DNA of 64,000 nucleotides, from assembly GCA_963771075.1 (NCBI GenBank), contig CAVYSE010000006.1, positions 102,930 through 166,929 on the forward strand, read 5' to 3'. Shown here in pieces: positions 28,977 through 38,410 of this stretch. Made by a program: the position numbers and the translations under genes. Source of the stretch: a candidate division FCPU426 bacterium (lineage in GTDB: Bacteria > Oederibacteriota > Muellerivitia > Muellerivitales > Muellerivitaceae). The notes under the pieces were generated by a model. That model ran no database searches and was not told where the DNA came from. It saw only the letters and a program-made list of their open reading frames with translations. How positions within the stretch are numbered: the first letter of the stretch is position 1; each line of letters starts with the position of its first letter.

Positions 28977-31945
28977 GGTTTCGCCTCCGGCGTCGCCGCC
29001 GCTAACACGGGCGTTAATTTCACTCCCGGCGCGCCTGGGGCCTTCTTCGCCTTCGCGTGCGCCATAATGGCCTTCAGTGCCTTCAAATGTTTCTGCGCCG
29101 CCACCCGGTATTGTTTCACCTTGGTGTATTTGAGGATGCGGTTATAGGTTTCCGCCGCCTTGCCGTACTTTTTCTCGTTCTCGTAACATTCGGCGATGCG
29201 CGCGTAGGCGGTCACGACCCATTGGTCCTGGTCGGGGTACTTGTCCACGAGAGCGTTGAATTCCACGATGGCTTCGGGCACCTTCCCCATATTCTTCAAC
29301 AGGTCGGCGTGGTAAAAGGAAGATTCCGCGGCGATCTTGGGGTCTTTCGATTTCATGCTCGTCGCGTAGGCGACCAGGGCCTCGTCCCGGCGTCCCTGCG
29401 CTTCCAACAGGATGCCCGCGTTGATGGCCGCTTCCTCGGCCAAGGGGTCCTCCGGGTAGTCCTTTGTCAGTTTGCTGAAATCCTCCAGGGCCTTGTCCGG
29501 GTGCTTCAACTGTTTCTCGCAAACCGCGCAGTTGAAGAGGCAATGGGGAGCCAGGCGGTGGTCCGGGTATTTCTGGTAGATCTGGGTGTAGGCTTCCAGC
29601 GCCCTTTTGTAATCCTGCGCCTCGAAATAGAGGGAGCCCAGGCTGAATTGGCCCTCCAGCGACAGGGGGTCGTCGGGATATTTCAGGAGCAATTGCTTGA
29701 AGGTCGCCATGGCGTCCTGCGACTGTTCCAGCTTCACGTAGGCCGTGCCCAGCCAGAAGAGGGCCCGGGGCACCACCTGCGAATCGGGGTGCTTGGCCAG
29801 CAGGTCCCGGAAGGAATCGATGGCTTCCTGGTATTTTTCCTGGTGGAAAAGGCTTTCCGCCAGACGGTATTGGATGTCCGCCGCGAATTTGCTGTTGGGG
29901 TATTGCTCCAAAAAGTTCCTCGAAACCTGTTCCGCTTCCTCTTTCTGCCCCAGCTTCTCGGCGGACCATTGAAGCCCGTAGAGCGCGTCGGGAAGCAGGG
30001 GATGGTCGGGGTAAAGCCCCAGGAAGCTTTGGTAGACCGCCTTGGAATCGGTGTATTTCTGGAGGTTGAAAAGGCAGTCGGCCTCGCGTAAATGGGCCTC
30101 GGGGGCCAGGTTATCCTTGGGGAACTGGGCCTCCACGGCCTTGAACTCGTCCGCCGCCTTGTCGAAGATCTTCTGTCGGAAATAGGCCCAACCGGTCCAG
30201 TACAAAAGCCGGGCGTCCCGCCCCGCCGCCTGGGGGTCCTGCAGCAGCACGTCCCAGTCGTCCACCGCCTCGGCGAATTTTTCCTTCCGGTAATCGCACC
30301 AGCCGATCTGTTCCTGAGCGTCCAGGCCCCTTTCGCTGCCCTTGGAGGCGGCCAGGGCCTTGCGGTAGGTGTCCTGCGCCTTGGGATAGTCGTGCAGGTT
30401 GTAATAACAATCCCCCGCCCTTAAATAGGATTCGGCGGCCAGGGGCGTCTTCGGGGCCAGGGAGGCGGCCTTCAGGAATTTCTCGGAGGCCGTATCGAAC
30501 TTTTCCTGCTGGAAATCGCACCAGGCCAGCCCCGATTGGTCCTGCTGGGCCAATGCCGAGTCGGGCCCTTCGTCCAGGGACTGGGCGTAGAATCCGGCGG
30601 CTTTCTTGTAGTTCTCGGCCTGGTAGCTCGATTCGCCCGCGGCGAAAAGGGCCTTGGCCTTCAACACGCCGGTGGATTTCTTGCTTAGGGCTTGGAACTT
30701 TTCCATGGCATCGGTGTATTTACCCACCGCGTATTGGCTCCATCCTTCCCAATATTGGGCGTCCTTGGCCAATTCGGAGTCGGATTCGGCGACCAGGGAG
30801 TAATTCTCGAGCGCCGCCAGGTAGTTCCCCTGCAGGTAGAAACCGCCGGCCTTGAGGTAGAGGGCGTCCCACTTCAGGTCGCTTTCGGGAGTGAAACGGT
30901 AGACGGCCTCGAACTCCTTGGCCGCCGCCTCATATTGATGGTCGTTGAAATCCAAAAGCCCCAAGCCGAATTGAAGCAGGTCGGCGGGAGGATTGGCCCC
31001 CGCCAAATCGAGGCCCTTTTGGTAATCCCGGCGGGCCTCCACGGGAAGGTTGAGGGAATCCTTGCAAACGCCCGCCCTCACCGCCGCCCAGGGCGCCAGC
31101 GGGTGGCCCGAATTCACGGCGAGCATCTTTTCGTAGACCTTCGCCGCCTCGGATTGGTTCTTCAACTTCTCATAGGACCAGCCCAAGCCGTAGCGGGCGG
31201 CCGGTTCCAGGAAATCCTTGGGGTAGAGCTCGAGGAATTGGTTGTAGGCGACCCGGGACTGGACGAAATCGCCCTTCCGATAGAGGGTTTCGGCCACCTG
31301 GAACTGGCAGAGCTTTTGGAGCGAGAGGTCTTTGGCCTGCTTCAGGGCGTCGTTGAAGCCGGTCAAGGCCTTCTCGTAATCCTTTTGCTGGAACTGGCAC
31401 CAGGCCAGGAGGTAGTGCACGAGGGGGATATAGGGTTCGCTTTCCTTGCGCGAGAGGATGGCGGAATACCGATCCCCCGCCTCGGGGTACTGTTCCATCT
31501 GGAAATAGCATTCCCCTTCCCAGAAGTAGAGGTCGCCCAGGAAATCCGTCTGCTTGAAACGATCCTCCAGGCCCTGGAACTTCGCCAGGGCGGTTTTGTA
31601 GTCCTTCAGGTAAACCAGGGACACGGCGGATTTGAATTCGTAGCCCAGCGCCCCCGGGGCCAGGGGATAAAGCCGGAGGGACTGCTGGTAGGCCTGGTAG
31701 GCGGAGGAATAATCCTTTTCCCGGAACTGGGTTTCACCGATCAAACGCAGGGCCATCGCCCTTTCCAGCATGTTCTCGCTCTTTTCCTCGACCAAAAGGA
31801 AGCGTTCCATGGCCATGCGGTAGGCCCGGGCCTTGAGCAATACCCTTCCCTCGTCCGTGGGGGAAGGCGGGGCGATTCCGGCGCCAAAAGAGGATTGGGT
31901 AACGGCGATCAGGAGGAGTAAGAGATTTAATTTACGCAATTTCAC
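28973..31945 (-). CDS. Large exported tetratricopeptide-repeat protein (~990 aa)
   Basis: Signal peptide then many TPRs with YP-x-x-x-x-A turns; GTG at 31945 chosen. Confidence 0.9.
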   Translation of the reverse strand: MKLRKLNLLLLLIAVTQSSFGAGIAPPSPTDEGRVLLKARAYRMAMERFLLVEEKSENMLERAMALRLIGETQFREKDYSSAYQAYQQSLRLYPLAPGALGYEFKSAVSLVYLKDYKTALAKFQGLEDRFKQTDFLGDLYFWEGECYFQMEQYPEAGDRYSAILSRKESEPYIPLVHYLLAWCQFQQKDYEKALTGFNDALKQAKDLSLQKLCQFQVAETLYRKGDFVQSRVAYNQFLELYPKDFLEPAARYGLGWSYEKLKNQSEAAKVYEKMLAVNSGHPLAPWAAVRAGVCKDSLNLPVEARRDYQKGLDLAGANPPADLLQFGLGLLDFNDHQYEAAAKEFEAVYRFTPESDLKWDALYLKAGGFYLQGNYLAALENYSLVAESDSELAKDAQYWEGWSQYAVGKYTDAMEKFQALSKKSTGVLKAKALFAAGESSYQAENYKKAAGFYAQSLDEGPDSALAQQDQSGLAWCDFQQEKFDTASEKFLKAASLAPKTPLAAESYLRAGDCYYNLHDYPKAQDTYRKALAASKGSERGLDAQEQIGWCDYRKEKFAEAVDDWDVLLQDPQAAGRDARLLYWTGWAYFRQKIFDKAADEFKAVEAQFPKDNLAPEAHLREADCLFNLQKYTDSKAVYQSFLGLYPDHPLLPDALYGLQWSAEKLGQKEEAEQVSRNFLEQYPNSKFAADIQYRLAESLFHQEKYQEAIDSFRDLLAKHPDSQVVPRALFWLGTAYVKLEQSQDAMATFKQLLLKYPDDPLSLEGQFSLGSLYFEAQDYKRALEAYTQIYQKYPDHRLAPHCLFNCAVCEKQLKHPDKALEDFSKLTKDYPEDPLAEEAAINAGILLEAQGRRDEALVAYATSMKSKDPKIAAESSFYHADLLKNMGKVPEAIVEFNALVDKYPDQDQWVVTAYARIAECYENEKKYGKAAETYNRILKYTKVKQYRVAAQKHLKALKAIMAHAKAKKAPGAPGVKLTPVLAAATPEAKP

Positions 31946-32124
31946 TCTCTTTAAATAATCGTTCAGGAAAAGGCAAACCCACATCCACACGAAACACGAA
32001 TGTATTCAGAACTGCACAAGGGTAATAAAGGGGTGGCTTCGTGTTAGTGTTGGTTTTGTTGCTTCTGAACCTATGGGATTTACTGGCAAATGTTACACGT
32101 TTTTAAGCGGGATGTCAGCCAAAG

Positions 32125-32210
32125 GGTTGTCCCTTCTTCCAGACAGTCGAAAGGGAGCCCCAAGGGCGAAGCCCATGGGCGGATGGACTGTCTGGTCGTC
32201 GGGACAAGCC
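32125..32210. repeat. Long imperfect hairpin with REP-like apex
   Basis: TTGTCCC/GGGACAA, CCAGACAGTC/GACTGTCTGG, apex GGGC-GAA-GCCC. Confidence 0.6.
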
Positions 32211-32217
32211 TCTATAT

Positions 32218-32724
32218 TTAATTCGTGATATCCATCTCCACCCGGCGGTTTTGGGCCCGGCCCTCGGGGCTGTCGTTGGTTGCGACGGCGTCCGAATCTC
32301 CCATCCCGTTGGCGGTGAGGTTATCCAGGTTCACTCCCTGTTTCACTAATTCCGCCTTGACCATTCCTGCCCTCTGTTGGGAAAGCTTGAGGTTCCTTTG
32401 GCTATTTCCGCTTGAGTCGGTGAACCCCAGGATTGCGACCTTATCCTCCGGGTGTTTCAACAAGACCGCGGCGATGGCATCGATCTTTTCAATCCCCAAC
32501 TGGTTCATTTTGGTTTTTCCAGGATTGAAAAGCAGGTCACCCTTGAGATAAAGCTGAACCCCCGTTTCGGTGACGGTGGTTTCAGTGATGGGGTTGAATT
32601 CCCTGTTTTGCCGGTCCTCCCAATTCATGATTGCCACAGGGTGGTTTTTAACCGGCGCGGTGCCGCACCCATTTAAAATCCATGCTCCCCCCAAAGCCGC
32701 GATAAATCCAAGAAACTTTTTCAT
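32218..32724 (-). CDS. OmpA-family lipoprotein
   Basis: Lipobox LNGC, GFTDSSG...NLKLSQQRA, GRAQNRRVE. Confidence 0.93.
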   Translation of the reverse strand: MKKFLGFIAALGGAWILNGCGTAPVKNHPVAIMNWEDRQNREFNPITETTVTETGVQLYLKGDLLFNPGKTKMNQLGIEKIDAIAAVLLKHPEDKVAILGFTDSSGNSQRNLKLSQQRAGMVKAELVKQGVNLDNLTANGMGDSDAVATNDSPEGRAQNRRVEMDITN

Positions 32725-32747
32725 GAAAACCTCCCAATATGTAATGG

Positions 32748-32895
32748 AGCCCCACGGGCGAAGCTCGTGGTACTTCTATTGACCCACCAACTAAATGCCT
32801 CGGTGGGTTATCCTCCGACGGAGCGCAGGCGACGATCCGCCATCACCACCCTTCGGCCACGGGCACAGCCCGTGGTGATTTGGCAAAGGCGGATG
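32748..32895. mobile_element. Small non-coding palindromic element (REP / IS200-IS605-derived MITE-like)
   Basis: Two related hairpins CCACGGGC-GAA-GCTCGTGG (32752-32770) and CCACGGGC-ACA-GCCCGTGG (32857-32875); ATCCGCC/GGCGGAT pair. Confidence 0.5.
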
Positions 32896-32921
32896 AATGA
32901 CTGCTCCATCCAAAGGGTTTG

Positions 32922-32951
32922 AATCCGCGCGGGTTGATGCCCACGCGGATT
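32922..32951 (-). terminator. Hairpin after small secreted protein gene
   Basis: AATCCGCG...CGCGGATT stem about 15 nt after the stop codon. Confidence 0.5.
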
Positions 32952-32966
32952 TTCCACCCTCTGCCA

Positions 32967-33146
32967 CTATTTCGCGACAGGTGTGGTGCTGGGCTTGGTT
33001 TTTTTGCCCCCTTTTTTATGGACCTTCTTGTGCTTCATGGTTTTGCTAACCGGCGTGGCCGAGGGCGTGGCAGGGGCGGCAAAAACCGTCCCCGATGTCG
33101 CGGCCAGGAAAAGCGCCACCATCAATGAAACCATCATCTTTTTCAT
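32967..33146 (-). CDS. 59-aa secreted Lys/His-rich peptide (not in ORF track)
   Basis: AAGGAG RBS; MKKMMVSLMVALFLAATSGTVFA-APATPSATPVSKTMKHKKVHKKRGKKTKPSTTPVAK. Confidence 0.75.
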   Translation of the reverse strand: MKKMMVSLMVALFLAATSGTVFAAPATPSATPVSKTMKHKKVHKKGGKKTKPSTTPVAK

Positions 33147-33274
33147 AACCGACTCCTTTTAACGGCTGTTGATAATCCGGGTTGAAACCCATCCCTTTGG
33201 ACAAAAGGGATAGGACCTTCCCGGTTCCATCACCCACGAGAGGGTATGGAACAATCGTTCTGCCTTGCAGCCCA

Positions 33275-33493
33275 TTACCAAAGCTTCCACCAATGTTTTT
33301 CCGGGGTTGGGGTGGGAACGGCCATGGGGGTTGGGCTTCCGGTTGGCCTGGCTTTTTTCCGGGATATTCTTTTTCCCTTTTTCTGGTGTTGGACCGTCAA
33401 AGAACGCCCCGGAGTCGGCTGGTCCGGCCAGGCCACGCCGAAAGCCGAAACCAAAAACAGAAACACCGAGATAACAACGGATAGGCTTCTCAT
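33275..33493 (-). CDS. 72-aa secreted basic Pro/Thr-rich peptide
   Basis: GAAAGGA RBS, signal peptide, HQKKGKRISRKK, PTPTPEKHWWKLW. Confidence 0.65.
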   Translation of the reverse strand: MRSLSVVISVFLFLVSAFGVAWPDQPTPGRSLTVQHQKKGKRISRKKARPTGSPTPMAVPTPTPEKHWWKLW

Positions 33494-33658
33494 TTTTTTC
33501 CTTTCTAGGATGAGGAAGGGGTGAACCGCCCCTATCTATCAAAGGGCGGTCCACTCTTCCCGCTGGGACCCGCGGGACTCAATCGCGGGTTCTATGGCAC
33601 CCGGCGTTCAGCCGGGCGTGGAGCCCGGGGTGGCGGGCCCATTCGAAGGAGGTTGGGA

Positions 33659-34084
33659 TCAGAAATAATCCACCGGCAATGTCGCCCGGGGCGCCGAATG
33701 GGGCGCGTACTTGGGTGTCAGCATCGCGGTCTGTCTCGCGTGGTTCCGTTCCTCTAGGGAGTAACCCTTCTCCACCCTCAGGTCCTGCCGGGGGTAAATC
33801 AGGTCCGGATCATGGATCAGGTCCCGGTTGGCCTTGAAAAGCTCGGGCCATTGGAAAGAATCCCCGTAAATCGAGGGTTTTCCGGCGATGGCCCAAAGGT
33901 TGTCATGTCTTCTCACCCGGTAACTCGCGAAGTGGGCAGGCGTAACCGCTTTCGCGGATTCCGCCTCGCTCCCCATCGGCTTGTCCGGCACCTGCGTGGT
34001 ATTTATGCGCTTCTGCCCGCAACCGCATGCCAACAGGGCGGCCATGACCGGCAAAAGCATCAGTGTCTTGGTAGTTTTCAGCAT
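33659..34084 (-). CDS. LysM-domain lipoprotein
   Basis: GAGGAGG RBS, Cys after hydrophobic stretch, YRVRRHDNLWAIA...IYG...W...ANRD.I.DPDLIYP. Confidence 0.9.
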   Translation of the reverse strand: MLKTTKTLMLLPVMAALLACGCGQKRINTTQVPDKPMGSEAESAKAVTPAHFASYRVRRHDNLWAIAGKPSIYGDSFQWPELFKANRDLIHDPDLIYPRQDLRVEKGYSLEERNHARQTAMLTPKYAPHSAPRATLPVDYF

Positions 34085-34168
34085 GTTCTTCCTCCTCAAA
34101 ATAGATTTTTTTTAAAAGCTTCTGTCTACCGTCCCACTATGCGGGGTGGTACCCTTCCCATCGTTCGG

Positions 34169-34570
34169 TTAAGGTTTAATCCCCACCGCGTAAAGCTGGA
34201 TGAACTCGTCAATCCGTTCGAAAAGCCGCACGAGTTCGCTCCCGGTCAACGGCCTTTCCAACAGCCTGTTCAAGACGCGGAGCGCTTCGGTCGAAAGAAG
34301 GCCACGTAGTGAACCGCTCCATTGCTCGGTATCCACTTTCCGTCCTCCCTCCATCTCATCCAGCAACGCCTTGATTTTTTTGTTTTTGACCAGTTGTTCC
34401 CGGCGTAGGTACCAACTCAAAAAGAGCGAAACGGCGGGAAAAGACTCGGCTTCCGTTTTCCAAGGTTCCGCAACCCGCGGGGACTCGGCCTGGGTGGTTT
34501 TGTCCAGGGTAGGAAGGATCGTTTGAACTGAACCATTGCCGTCTTGGGTTTGATTTTTATGGTTTTTCAT
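34169..34570 (-). CDS. Hypothetical protein
   Basis: AAGGAG RBS, 133-aa ORF co-oriented with neighbours. Confidence 0.6.
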   Translation of the reverse strand: MKNHKNQTQDGNGSVQTILPTLDKTTQAESPRVAEPWKTEAESFPAVSLFLSWYLRREQLVKNKKIKALLDEMEGGRKVDTEQWSGSLRGLLSTEALRVLNRLLERPLTGSELVRLFERIDEFIQLYAVGIKP

Positions 34571-34680
34571 GAAATCTCCTTTCTTTGTCGCGCTGTTGAA
34601 TGGGATTTCGGGCGCGAAAAATAGACTGGTTCCGGGCGTGTTAAAACACGCCGGTTAAGCCAGCTTATGAAAGGAAATTC

Positions 34681-35040
34681 TCAGATTCGGAGGATAAGGA
34701 AAGGCCTGGAGAAGAAGTTGGGGTAAGCGGTGGGGGACGCCCAAGAACGGCCCGAGTCCAGGGAAAGATAGGACTTGGAATACCGGGGCGCTAACGACAC
34801 AAAACTAGAAGATTCTTTCGGGATAAATTTCAGGCTGGAGAGACCGACTTTTCCCTTGGAAATGACACAACTGGAAAGGGGAATCTGGGATTGAAGGGTT
34901 GTTTTTATCGACGAGCAATGATCGTTCCGTATTTGTTGAGGAACGTTATTGCTTACGTCCACCATGACCGGCCGGAGGGCGACCACCGTCATGAGGAAGA
35001 AAAAAACACATTTGAATACCGAGCGAATCGTGTTTTTCAA
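34681..35040 (-). CDS. Hypothetical protein with N-terminal hydrophobic segment
   Basis: 119-aa ORF ending in ILRI; no family recognised. Confidence 0.45.
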   Translation of the reverse strand: MKNTIRSVFKCVFFFLMTVVALRPVMVDVSNNVPQQIRNDHCSSIKTTLQSQIPLSSCVISKGKVGLSSLKFIPKESSSFVSLAPRYSKSYLSLDSGRSWASPTAYPNFFSRPFLILRI

Positions 35041-35281
35041 AGCTCAACACCTGGTTTGATTGAATTGTTTGAATACTAAAATAATCCCCGGGTGGATTTC
35101 AATTCCCGTTCACTGATAAGACGATTAATTCCCGAAAAAGTTTCACCCTTTTCCATTTTTTTCGGGGTGCCCATGAGTGATATTATCAATTTCTTGGCCC
35201 GCTTTAGTTCCGCATTCCACTTCTTTCATGTTTTTGCAATAAAGAAAAAGGCCATGAAGTTAAAAGAATTGGTTTAAACTT

Positions 35282-36670
35282 TTGACCTTATCAATTGGAC
35301 AAAAAGGAACGCAGTTGACCGAACCCAGCAACCCATCGAACCTGGATCAATTGACCGCCTCGCTGAATAAAATCGGCGATGGAATCTCGGACGCGGCCAG
35401 GGACCTGAACCCCATCCATCCCCAAACTTCTATCCAGGCCTCGCTGTTGTTGGCGGCGGTCTTCGTGGGCATTGGCGCTTATCTTTACGCGAAAGCCATT
35501 ACCCTCACCCAACAGGCCTACACCTTTTTTTTCCTGGGGCATCCCTACCTGACCGCGGCCTCGGGACCCCTCTTTTTCCTCCTGGCGGCTTGGCTGGTCG
35601 TGCGGTTCGCGCCAGAGGCCAAAGGCAGCGGCATCCCGCAAGTACTGCAGGCCATCGAGGAAACCTCCCGCAACCCCGAAACCCCCGTCACCAGCCCCCT
35701 GGTCTCGATCAAGACGGCGGTCTGGAAGGTCGTTTCCAGCCTGGTCGGAATCCTGGGCGGGGCCTCCATCGGGCGCGAAGGCCCCACGGTTCAGATTTCC
35801 TCCTCCCTCTTCGCCTTCACCTCGCGCTACGCCCGTAAATACTTCGGCGAACTCGACCTGCAATCCTACCTGGTGGCGGGCGCCTCGGCGGGCATCGCGG
35901 CGGCATTCAACACGCCCCTGGCGGGCATCACCTTCGCGCTGGAAGAGATCGCCGAGAACACCTTCGGTCATTTCAAGCGCACCGTCATGCTGGCGGTCAT
36001 CGTGGGGGGCATTACGGCCCAAGCCATCGGCGGCAATTACCTTTATTTCGGCCATCCCACCGTACTGGTGCCCGAATTGGGCATCCTTCCCCTGGCGGTG
36101 GGCCTGGGGCTCCTGGGCGGGGGTTTCGGGGGCCTATTCGCCCGTTCCATCAGCAAGGCCCGCTGGTCCCTCCTCCCCTCTTCCTGGTGGGCCCGGGCCC
36201 TTTTATGCGGGGTGGTTTGCTCACTCTTCGGCCTGCTTTCCAATGGCGACACGGCGGGTTCGGGCTATGAGGTCACCAAACGTTTCATGGATAACCCCCA
36301 AGGCTCCCTTCCGCCTATTCTTTTCCTGGAAAAGCTCCTCTGCACCATCTTTTCGTACCTCTCGGGCATGGCGGGTGGAATCTTCTCGCCCTGCCTCTCC
36401 ATCGGCGCCGGGATGGGCTTCACATTCGGTCAGCTATTCCATTTCACGGGCCTCAAGGCCTGCGCCCTGCTGGGGATGGTGGCCTTTTTCTCAGGCGTCG
36501 TGCAGGCGCCGCTGACGGCGGTGGTCATCGTGATGGAAATGACCGACCAAAGCTCGCTCCTCATTCCCTTCATGATCGCGGCCTTCCTGGCCCAAGGCAT
36601 CGGGAAGCTGATGATGCCCACTCCCCTTTACCGGCACCTGGCCTTCCACATGCCGGGCGGGTCCAAGTAA
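35282..36670 (+). CDS. ClC chloride channel / Cl-/H+ antiporter
   Basis: GSGIP, GREGP, FNTPLAG, GGIFSP motifs; start may be TTG 35315. Confidence 0.93.
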   Translation: MTLSIGQKGTQLTEPSNPSNLDQLTASLNKIGDGISDAARDLNPIHPQTSIQASLLLAAVFVGIGAYLYAKAITLTQQAYTFFFLGHPYLTAASGPLFFLLAAWLVVRFAPEAKGSGIPQVLQAIEETSRNPETPVTSPLVSIKTAVWKVVSSLVGILGGASIGREGPTVQISSSLFAFTSRYARKYFGELDLQSYLVAGASAGIAAAFNTPLAGITFALEEIAENTFGHFKRTVMLAVIVGGITAQAIGGNYLYFGHPTVLVPELGILPLAVGLGLLGGGFGGLFARSISKARWSLLPSSWWARALLCGVVCSLFGLLSNGDTAGSGYEVTKRFMDNPQGSLPPILFLEKLLCTIFSYLSGMAGGIFSPCLSIGAGMGFTFGQLFHFTGLKACALLGMVAFFSGVVQAPLTAVVIVMEMTDQSSLLIPFMIAAFLAQGIGKLMMPTPLYRHLAFHMPGGSK

Positions 36671-36808
36671 AAAGGAATCACGGGATGATTTTTAAAAATT
36701 TTAGTTTTTTCCGAAATAGGCCAACGGGAAATCGGTTTTGAAAAAGATACGATCGGTAATTATTAACTGACGGAATGGACGATTCCCTGTCGGCCAACGA
36801 AAAGCCGG

Positions 36809-36822
36809 GATGGGTCCCCATC
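36809..36822. repeat. att-like site, copy 1
   Basis: GATGGG-TC-CCCATC palindrome at the GC-to-AT transition. Confidence 0.5.
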
Positions 36823-36863
36823 ACGTACGATTTGCGAACCGTAAAATTTCAAATAATTCGTGG

Positions 36864-37676
36864 TTAAACATCTCTATTTTTACCTAAAAAACGTAAATGG
36901 TCTCTGCGTTTAAACGCTTCTATTTTTTCATAAAAGTTGTCGATTTTCCAAGACTTATATGGGATCGGAATTTTTCCAAGAAGGTATTTATAGTCTGTAG
37001 GGTCAAATAAAAATAATTCCTGTTTTGTTTCACCCCAGGGTTTCGGATCGTCAAATAGTACAAAACCCTTTCTTACGGCTTGATACCAAAGAGAAAAAGT
37101 TAATTCACAATCTCTTTTATTGTGTTCAATGACTTTTTTCTTTTTTCCAGCAATCCATAAAGCAGGCATATTTTTACTTGGATTTTTAGTTTTTTTTCGG
37201 AAATTGGTATAGGACAAAGAATCGAGGGACAAACCTTTCTTGTAACCATTATTTTTCAAAACTAAAGGGATAAACAAATCGACTGTTTTTTTTAGTATCG
37301 GCGAAACATCAAAGTAAGCTTTTAAAACCTTTAAGTCAAATTTGTAAATGTTATATCCGATAATCAAACCTTCAAATTTAACCAGAAACTTGTTTAATCT
37401 TTTTAGCCCTGTTTCTAAATAATATTTATAACCCGACGATTTATAGCCGTTTTTTGTTCGACTGAAACTTTTTGTTCCAACAATGGAAGGTTTTGAATTT
37501 TCCGGGTTTTTAAAATCAGTTTTATATGTCTCTAAATCCAAAACACATAATTGATTCGGAAAATCAATGTGTGTTTCTTTTGAAAGAAGGAATTTTTTTC
37601 CACGACACTTAGGGCAAGTATAATCCCCCACGTAACCTTTCTTATTACACCCGTAACAATCATATTTTTTTATCAC
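36864..37676 (-). CDS. Zn-finger + RNase H-like (YprB/RNase_H_2-type) nuclease
   Basis: CxxC...CPKC, LDLET, GYNIYKFD, SLDSL, HNKRDCELT; AT-rich. Confidence 0.75.
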   Translation of the reverse strand: MIKKYDCYGCNKKGYVGDYTCPKCRGKKFLLSKETHIDFPNQLCVLDLETYKTDFKNPENSKPSIVGTKSFSRTKNGYKSSGYKYYLETGLKRLNKFLVKFEGLIIGYNIYKFDLKVLKAYFDVSPILKKTVDLFIPLVLKNNGYKKGLSLDSLSYTNFRKKTKNPSKNMPALWIAGKKKKVIEHNKRDCELTFSLWYQAVRKGFVLFDDPKPWGETKQELFLFDPTDYKYLLGKIPIPYKSWKIDNFYEKIEAFKRRDHLRFLGKNRDV

Positions 37677-37686
37677 TTATAATCTC

Positions 37687-37700
37687 TCCCCGTCGTAGAC
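37687..37700. repeat. att-like site, copy 2 (right arm only)
   Basis: TCCCCGTCGTAGAC, 13/14 identical to the copies at 56024 and 58665. Confidence 0.55.
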
Positions 37701-37762
37701 CACTCGTATTTCAATCCTGCGGAATATTAAAGGAATCTGAAAAACTGGGGCAGCCTTTGTCT

Positions 37763-38179
37763 TTAAAATGGATTTTTAACCGTAAGTTCACCGAACTTCC
37801 TTCCGGCTTGAAAGTCCTCGGTCAACAGCAGCCGGGCACCACTCCTTTGGGCCGAAACGACGATCAGGGCATCCCAAAAGGAAATCTTGGCCCTTTCCTC
37901 TAGTTGTGCCGCCTCAGCCACCATACTCCCGTGTAGGCTCACCGTTTCCCAGGAGAGATAATGGGAAATCAATTCCAACCCCTGCTTTTTGGTCAGGGGT
38001 TTCGGGATTTTGCGGGTCACATTGACGTAAAACTCCTCCAACACCTGGGCGCTCAAGACCCCGTTATTGTTCTCCCATAGCTCACCCACCGCTTTCCGGG
38101 CCTTTTGGTGCTTCTCCCCCGCTTCCCGGTCATAAGCGTAAAGCAGGATGTCCGTGTCCACAAATGTCTTAACGATCAT
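37763..38179 (-). CDS. PIN-domain (VapC-like) toxin
   Basis: FVDTDILLYAYD, QVLEEFY, SFWDALI, LLTED. Confidence 0.92.
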   Translation of the reverse strand: MIVKTFVDTDILLYAYDREAGEKHQKARKAVGELWENNNGVLSAQVLEEFYVNVTRKIPKPLTKKQGLELISHYLSWETVSLHGSMVAEAAQLEERAKISFWDALIVVSAQRSGARLLLTEDFQAGRKFGELTVKNPF

Positions 38180-38399
38180 GAAGGCTTTCCCGAGAACCCC
38201 GCTTGCCGCCGAAAGACAAACCTTTTTCCATCACCTCAAAAGCCTTCACCTTGGATTTCTGGTAAACCTGGTCCTCCTCGGCCATCTTTTGGATATAGGC
38301 CGCCAATAAACCCGTAATGGAAGTTTCGTGATGGGCGGCGAGTATCTTTGCCTTCTTGATGAGGTCTTTGTCCAGGCTCAAGGTTAAGTTTTGTTTCAC
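38169..38399 (-). CDS. Antitoxin (DUF6364 / RHH-like)
   Basis: KQNLTLSLDKDLIKKAK; overlaps the toxin start. Confidence 0.85.
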   Translation of the reverse strand: MKQNLTLSLDKDLIKKAKILAAHHETSITGLLAAYIQKMAEEDQVYQKSKVKAFEVMEKGLSFGGKRGSRESLHDR

Positions 38400-38410
38400 G
38401 GAAGCCTCCT

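Noticed and set aside
24726..31921. Long alternative-frame and antisense ORFs (e.g. 24857-25777, 29057-30091, 30692-31921)
   Set aside because: Shadows of GC-rich genes with clear family motifs on the other strand or frame.
35374..35395. Fluoride riboswitch-like GGCGATGG near the ClC start
   Set aside because: It lies inside the CDS and lacks the pairing CGCC. The protein has the GSGIP/GREGP motifs of chloride-type ClCs.
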